Notes under the pieces: generated by a model | The model's database searches: none | The model's input: only the letters and a program-made list of their open reading frames with translations | Told to the model about the DNA's origin: nothing | Assembly: GCA_030605705.1 (NCBI GenBank) | Contig: JAUWHU010000344.1 | Span: forward strand, 1-28,723 | Direction of reading: 5' to 3' | DNA: 28,723 bases | DNA from: Thermoflexia bacterium | GTDB lineage: Bacteria; Chloroflexota; Anaerolineae; B4-G1; SLSP01 | Translations under genes and position numbers: made by a program | In this document: piece by piece, positions 24,325 through 28,723 of the stretch | Layout: each line of letters starts with the position of its first letter | How positions within the stretch are numbered: the first letter of the stretch is position 1

Positions 24325-25234
24325 CCACCTCCAGCGGCAAAGCAGGGGGAGGTGTCAACGGACATCGCCACGCCCGCCACGCGCCTTGTAAGAAGTACCA
24401 CATGGATCGCGGCCCGTGGCACATTCCCTCACGTAACACCACATAACCCAAATGGATCACCGCCGCCGGCAAGGGAGGTCGACCAAATCTATGATAATAT
24501 CGTGCCCCGCTCGCGCCCCACGTCCGCCAGTAAAAGGGTGAACGCCCCTTGTGCTGAATAGTGCGGGAGACCTTGTGACGCAAACACGCAGAGGGAACGT
24601 ACAGGAGCGTCATGCCAGCTTGCCGCACCCGTAGGGAAAAATCCCAATCATCGAAGAAGAAAAAGTACCCGTCATCCAGTAGTCCCACCCGCTCGAAAGT
24701 CCTACGCGGAATCAACAACCCACAGGTGGGCGCGAAAGCAATTTCTTCCACCTGATCAAAACTACCATCATCCAGGTGATTCAATCCTCGCATCACAACA
24801 GCAGGGGGAAAACACCGATAGTACGCCCCCGCCGACCATATCCGCTGCGGTGCATCATAATAAACGATCTTCGGCATTAATATCCCACACGCAGACACGC
24901 CCAGGCTCGTTTGAACCAGCTCCTCCAACATGCCTTGCTGAACCACTGTATCATTGTTAAGGATAAAAACATAGTCGGCCCCTTCCTGCAAAGCACGAAT
25001 GATGCCTGGGTTAAAGCCCCCTGCAACCCCCAAATTCCTGCCGGTTTGCACAATAGTCAGGCCGGAGAAATCCTCCCGTGCCCGCTGGGCCGTGCCGTCG
25101 GTCGAGCCATTATCCACTAACAAAAGCTGCAATGGTGCATAGTTCAACGCCCGCAAAGAAAAAAGACACTCTCTCGTGTCCAAGTAGTTATTGTACGCGA
25201 GCACAACGACGGTAACCAACGGTTGTGTCATCAT
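24308..25234 (-). CDS. Glycosyltransferase family 2
   Basis: VTVVVLAYN, LVDNGSTDGT, NLGVAGGFNPG, ILNNDT, FERVGLLD..YF..FDDWDFSLR and LRHKVS. Confidence 0.92.
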   Translation of the reverse strand: MMTQPLVTVVVLAYNNYLDTRECLFSLRALNYAPLQLLLVDNGSTDGTAQRAREDFSGLTIVQTGRNLGVAGGFNPGIIRALQEGADYVFILNNDTVVQQGMLEELVQTSLGVSACGILMPKIVYYDAPQRIWSAGAYYRCFPPAVVMRGLNHLDDGSFDQVEEIAFAPTCGLLIPRRTFERVGLLDDGYFFFFDDWDFSLRVRQAGMTLLYVPSACLRHKVSRTIQHKGRSPFYWRTWGASGARYYHRFGRPPLPAAVIHLGYVVLREGMCHGPRSMWYFLQGAWRAWRCPLTPPPALPLEVDDGRS

Positions 25235-26136
25235 TCCCCTATCTCATCCGACGCGAGAGAGGACAAACCAGCAGCCGCCCCCCAACACCACGCAATTTTA
25301 CTTATCAAAACCCAGGGAGCACATTTCCAATACTTCCATAAACCCGGTGTATGAGTATAAATCTGTACTGATCGCACAGCAGCAATCCCCGGAGCCATAA
25401 TTCGCCAAACCTTGGGATTGGTTGTCCAGAACGGCATATCATAGTAATCAATATGCTGTAATCGCACTTTAATAGATTGACTACCGGCTCGATAAGCATG
25501 TTCCCACAGTAGTTTCCAATTACCCCGCGACGGAAAATGACGAACCGCAGCTGAATTGGTTAGATAGAGTTTTCGACCCTGTCGAGCTATGCGAATAGTA
25601 AAATCCAAGTCTTCAGCCGCTGCAAATTTAAAACTCTCATCAAATCCCCCTACGGATTTCCACATCTCGCGCGGCACAAGTAAACTAAAACTAGCCAACG
25701 CTGAACGTTGACTGGAAAGCGTACAATTAAGATGCTCATGGAAACCCGCTATCTGACCACAGTGCAAAACAAGCGAATCTCCATCAGGCAGCATGGCTCC
25801 ACTGATGGCGCCGGCATCTGGCCACCTCGCCCACGCCGCCAACATCGCCCGCAGCCATCCCGGTTGGGGAATACAATCGGCATCCAGGAAGATCAATAGC
25901 TCACCATCAGCCCGCTCCGCACCCAGGTTCCGCGCGACAGAAGGTGACACCGGGACAGGCGTAGGTAATAAGTGCACATGGGCTTGCGCTTTGACCAAGC
26001 CAGGATGATCCTGACCGACCACGTATATTTCCCAGGGGACAGAGAGACATGTCGTCTGACAGAGTAATGCAGTGATTACCCGGTCAATCACAAGGCTATT
26101 CAGGCTAGGAATGACAAAGGAAAGATACTCACTCAT
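25231..26136 (-). CDS. Glycosyltransferase family 2
   Basis: LSFVIPSLN, ARNLGAERADGELLIFLDADC and VGGFDESF..AAEDLDF. Confidence 0.92.
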   Translation of the reverse strand: MSEYLSFVIPSLNSLVIDRVITALLCQTTCLSVPWEIYVVGQDHPGLVKAQAHVHLLPTPVPVSPSVARNLGAERADGELLIFLDADCIPQPGWLRAMLAAWARWPDAGAISGAMLPDGDSLVLHCGQIAGFHEHLNCTLSSQRSALASFSLLVPREMWKSVGGFDESFKFAAAEDLDFTIRIARQGRKLYLTNSAAVRHFPSRGNWKLLWEHAYRAGSQSIKVRLQHIDYYDMPFWTTNPKVWRIMAPGIAAVRSVQIYTHTPGLWKYWKCAPWVLISKIAWCWGAAAGLSSLASDEIGE

Positions 26137-27233
26137 TGCGTGGTTTTCTCAAGCACTTGGCGGAACAAATCCTCATAAGCAGCCGCCATATGTTCCCAGG
26201 TAAACCCCGCCTGCACTGTCGCCCGTGCGGAAGCCCGCAAGGTTTCCAAATGCCGAGGATCAGCAACCAGGTCCGCGATGGCCGCCTCCCATCTTTCTGC
26301 ATCTCCTGCCGGCAACAAATAGCCTGTTCTCTCCAGTACCACCGCATCTTGAATTCCCTGCAATGCTGCCGCCACGACAGGCAAGGCATGGGCCGCAGCC
26401 TCTAAGGCCACCAATCCAAAGCCCTCCACGTCTCCTGAAACCGGCAAGTTAGGCATAACGAAGACATCCGCCGCCGCGTAGACGGTTCTTAATTGGAGCT
26501 CCGGCAAGTATCCTAACAGATGCACTCGCTTTTGCAATGCGCCGGACCCTGCCATTGTCAATGATCTCACGCGCTCCAGGTCTGACCCGGTACCCACCAC
26601 CACATACCGCACTGGCAAGTGACACGCGACCAGTCTTGGGAATACTGTTTCCAGGAACCAGGCTACCCCCTTGCGAGGCACCAATCGTCCTACCGTCAGC
26701 AAGACAATCTCATCATGCAAATCACACCCCAATGCACGCTCCAGTTGCTGTCGCGCAGCGTCCCGTTCCGGCAATACCGGAGGCACGGTCACACCTGGAG
26801 AAATGAGTGTGCATTTTTGCGCCGGAATGCCCCGTTCCACACACGCACGGTATGTAAAGTGACTGATGCAGACGACGCGATCAAAAGTACGCAAGCAGCG
26901 AGGAATCAACCACTGATAAATCCCCAATGGAAAGGTAATGTCCGAACCGTGGGCAGTCACAATCACCGAGACGTGGAAGAGACGTTTCAATGTCCACCCT
27001 ATCGACGACAGCACCGGATCGCCGATGTGCACGAGATCCACGCCCTGAACGCAAATATAGCTGGCCTTCACCAGGGCGTAAAGGAAGAAAAAGGGGAGAG
27101 CCCACTGGTTGCCACCCCATTTAATCACTCTTACATCAACGCGAGACCGCAAGTGCGTGATAAGTTGATAGCTTAGACGCTGCATTCCTCCCACGGAGGG
27201 CGGATGCTTACGAGTGATAAATAATATCTTCAT
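26133..27233 (-). CDS. Glycosyltransferase family 4
   Basis: PPSVGGMQR, TAHGSD, LLTVGRLVPRKG, ADVFVMPN...EGFGLVALEAAAHALPVVA and GIQDAV. Confidence 0.93.
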   Translation of the reverse strand: MKILFITRKHPPSVGGMQRLSYQLITHLRSRVDVRVIKWGGNQWALPFFFLYALVKASYICVQGVDLVHIGDPVLSSIGWTLKRLFHVSVIVTAHGSDITFPLGIYQWLIPRCLRTFDRVVCISHFTYRACVERGIPAQKCTLISPGVTVPPVLPERDAARQQLERALGCDLHDEIVLLTVGRLVPRKGVAWFLETVFPRLVACHLPVRYVVVGTGSDLERVRSLTMAGSGALQKRVHLLGYLPELQLRTVYAAADVFVMPNLPVSGDVEGFGLVALEAAAHALPVVAAALQGIQDAVVLERTGYLLPAGDAERWEAAIADLVADPRHLETLRASARATVQAGFTWEHMAAAYEDLFRQVLEKTTQ

Positions 27234-27287
27234 CCAGTCTCATCTCTGCCTTTGCTACACCGGCTGCACCCAACATCAAACATTATA

Positions 27288-28544
27288 TCACAAACGCTGC
27301 TGCTCGGTCATCACCTGGGCATACAAAGCCAGCAGCCGAGCAACGTGCTCCTCCAACGTCACAGGTGGCCGGAGCTGTGTACGGAAATCAAGTAACCTTT
27401 CAGAATGCACGACAAGTTTCTGCAAGGCGACTCGCCACGCTGCCACATTCCCGGCCGGCACACACACGCCATCCACTCCATCCTGCACCGCTTCGGCCAA
27501 TGCCCCGAGATCTGAAACGATGATGGGTACACCAGCGGCTATAGCCTCATGAGCGATGAGAGAAAAAGTTTCATACCACAGGGATGGAATGACTACTGCA
27601 TCCACCTGCGCCAACGTCTCCCATACCGTGCGTCGCGTCAGCCGTCCCAAGAAACGAGTACGCGCGTCAGCCCCTTCACGCAACGTCTGCACGTAATCAG
27701 GAGCGGAACGTTCATCTCCAGCGATCCAAAGCTCGGCGTTACCATCCACACCACGGAATGCCTCGATTACCACATGCACACCCTTTTGCCAGGACAAGCC
27801 GCCGATGTAGGCAAATCGCACCGGTGAACCGGTGGGTCGGGCCGGAGATGCAATCCCGGCAGGTATCTGAACACCGTGCGGAAGCACCTCGATTTTCTCT
27901 CCAGACACGCCATGGGCATCATACCAACGCGCCACGAACTCAGTTGGCGCGATCACACGGTCGGCCAACCGGAGCACCCGGCGTAACAGCCGATTACGTC
28001 GAACGAAAAGGGGAAGCAGCAAAGGCACGGCAGGCCACAGCGCCGGACGCCCGGCCCGGGCCAGGGCGCACCGAGCGCAATTGATATAAGCCCGAGGGCC
28101 ATCGCAGACCTCCGCACCATAGTTCGTGAGCAGTTGAGCGTTAGCGCAAACCCACCAGTAATCATGTAGGGTAACAACAAAAGGAATATCGCGTTGCCGA
28201 ATAGCGGAGAGCAGCCGCACCGGCAGCCCCATTAAATGTTGAAGATGAATTAAATCCGGCCTCATCTCGTTCAGCACCCGCTCGAAGGCGCTGTTGAGAC
28301 TTGACTCCCGTCTAAACGTTGCCCAGAAACGGCGCTGTGGAGTAACTACTCCATCCCAGGCAGCCCAGACCCGCACCGCGCCTTCAGTTCGTGCTGAGAC
28401 CCCCACGCCTTGAGCGCTCCGCCGGTAGAAGATTCCCACCTGGTGTCCATGTTTAGCCAATCCTTGAGCTATGGATTGGGTGAACAGCTCCGTTCCCCCC
28501 ACGTAATCAGGCAAGTATTGGTGAAGCAGATGGAGAATACGCAC
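27288..28544 (-). CDS. Glycosyltransferase family 4
   Basis: VGGTELF, TLHDYWWVC, YIGGLSWQKGVH, VVIPSLWYETFSLIAHEAIAAGVPIIVSDLGALAE. The GTG start directly follows the upstream TAA. Confidence 0.93.
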   Translation of the reverse strand: MRILHLLHQYLPDYVGGTELFTQSIAQGLAKHGHQVGIFYRRSAQGVGVSARTEGAVRVWAAWDGVVTPQRRFWATFRRESSLNSAFERVLNEMRPDLIHLQHLMGLPVRLLSAIRQRDIPFVVTLHDYWWVCANAQLLTNYGAEVCDGPRAYINCARCALARAGRPALWPAVPLLLPLFVRRNRLLRRVLRLADRVIAPTEFVARWYDAHGVSGEKIEVLPHGVQIPAGIASPARPTGSPVRFAYIGGLSWQKGVHVVIEAFRGVDGNAELWIAGDERSAPDYVQTLREGADARTRFLGRLTRRTVWETLAQVDAVVIPSLWYETFSLIAHEAIAAGVPIIVSDLGALAEAVQDGVDGVCVPAGNVAAWRVALQKLVVHSERLLDFRTQLRPPVTLEEHVARLLALYAQVMTEQQRL

Positions 28545-28723
28545 TTACGGGACCTCTGGATTAACCAAGTGTTCGTAGACTTCTCGCACAATTTCATACT
28601 TGCGCTCCCAAGTATGCAGCCAATAAACCTTGTGTTTTCCTTGAGATCCTTATGCGGCTCGTTCAGCAGGATATTTCAGAAGTCGTTTAATAGCCGCCGC
28701 CAGTGCCTCTACATCCCCAAATG
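28545..28723 (-). pseudogene. 3' end of a GT4 glycosyltransferase interrupted by an in-frame TAA (possible pseudogene or sequence error)
   Basis: The minus-strand frame reads FGDVEALAAAIKRLLKYPAERAA*GSQGKHKVYWLHTWERKYEIVREVYEHLVNPEVP*. The internal stop is at 28650-28652; the terminal stop at 28545-28547 abuts the next GTG. Confidence 0.6.

Overview
The window has two halves. (1) 1-16406, + strand, GC-rich: a mostly overlapping, operon-like run of six signalling proteins. Four of the five complete ones differ in input domain (two ~6TM, 7TM-PAS, dCache-HAMP, TM-periplasmic-HAMP); the 5'-truncated first gene shows only HAMP. All share one cytoplasmic module (GAF, Trp linker, small GAF, RRAxRE-type helix, truncated GAF) and none has a recognisable catalytic output. 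They lie with an orphan solute-binding lipoprotein, a stand-alone globin-like (RsbR N-terminal-type) protein and a Methyltransf_19-family SAM methyltransferase. This is the best candidate for an undescribed signalling system. A 141-bp MITE with an 8-bp target duplication sits inside the cluster, and an 830-bp intergenic gap with four kinds of REP/MITE-like repeat follows it. (2) 17238-28723, - strand: a long RelA/SpoT homologue with a degenerate hydrolase domain, then a lower-GC surface-glycan locus. That locus holds a sugar nucleotidyltransferase, a lipoprotein, a secreted four-repeat protein, an LPG-synthase-TM/flippase-like protein, a methyltransferase, two GT2s, two GT4s and a GT4 tail with an in-frame stop. 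Gene content and repeat types suggest Chloroflexota (Anaerolineae-like); that is inference only. All family assignments come from motif recognition by eye, not from database searches.
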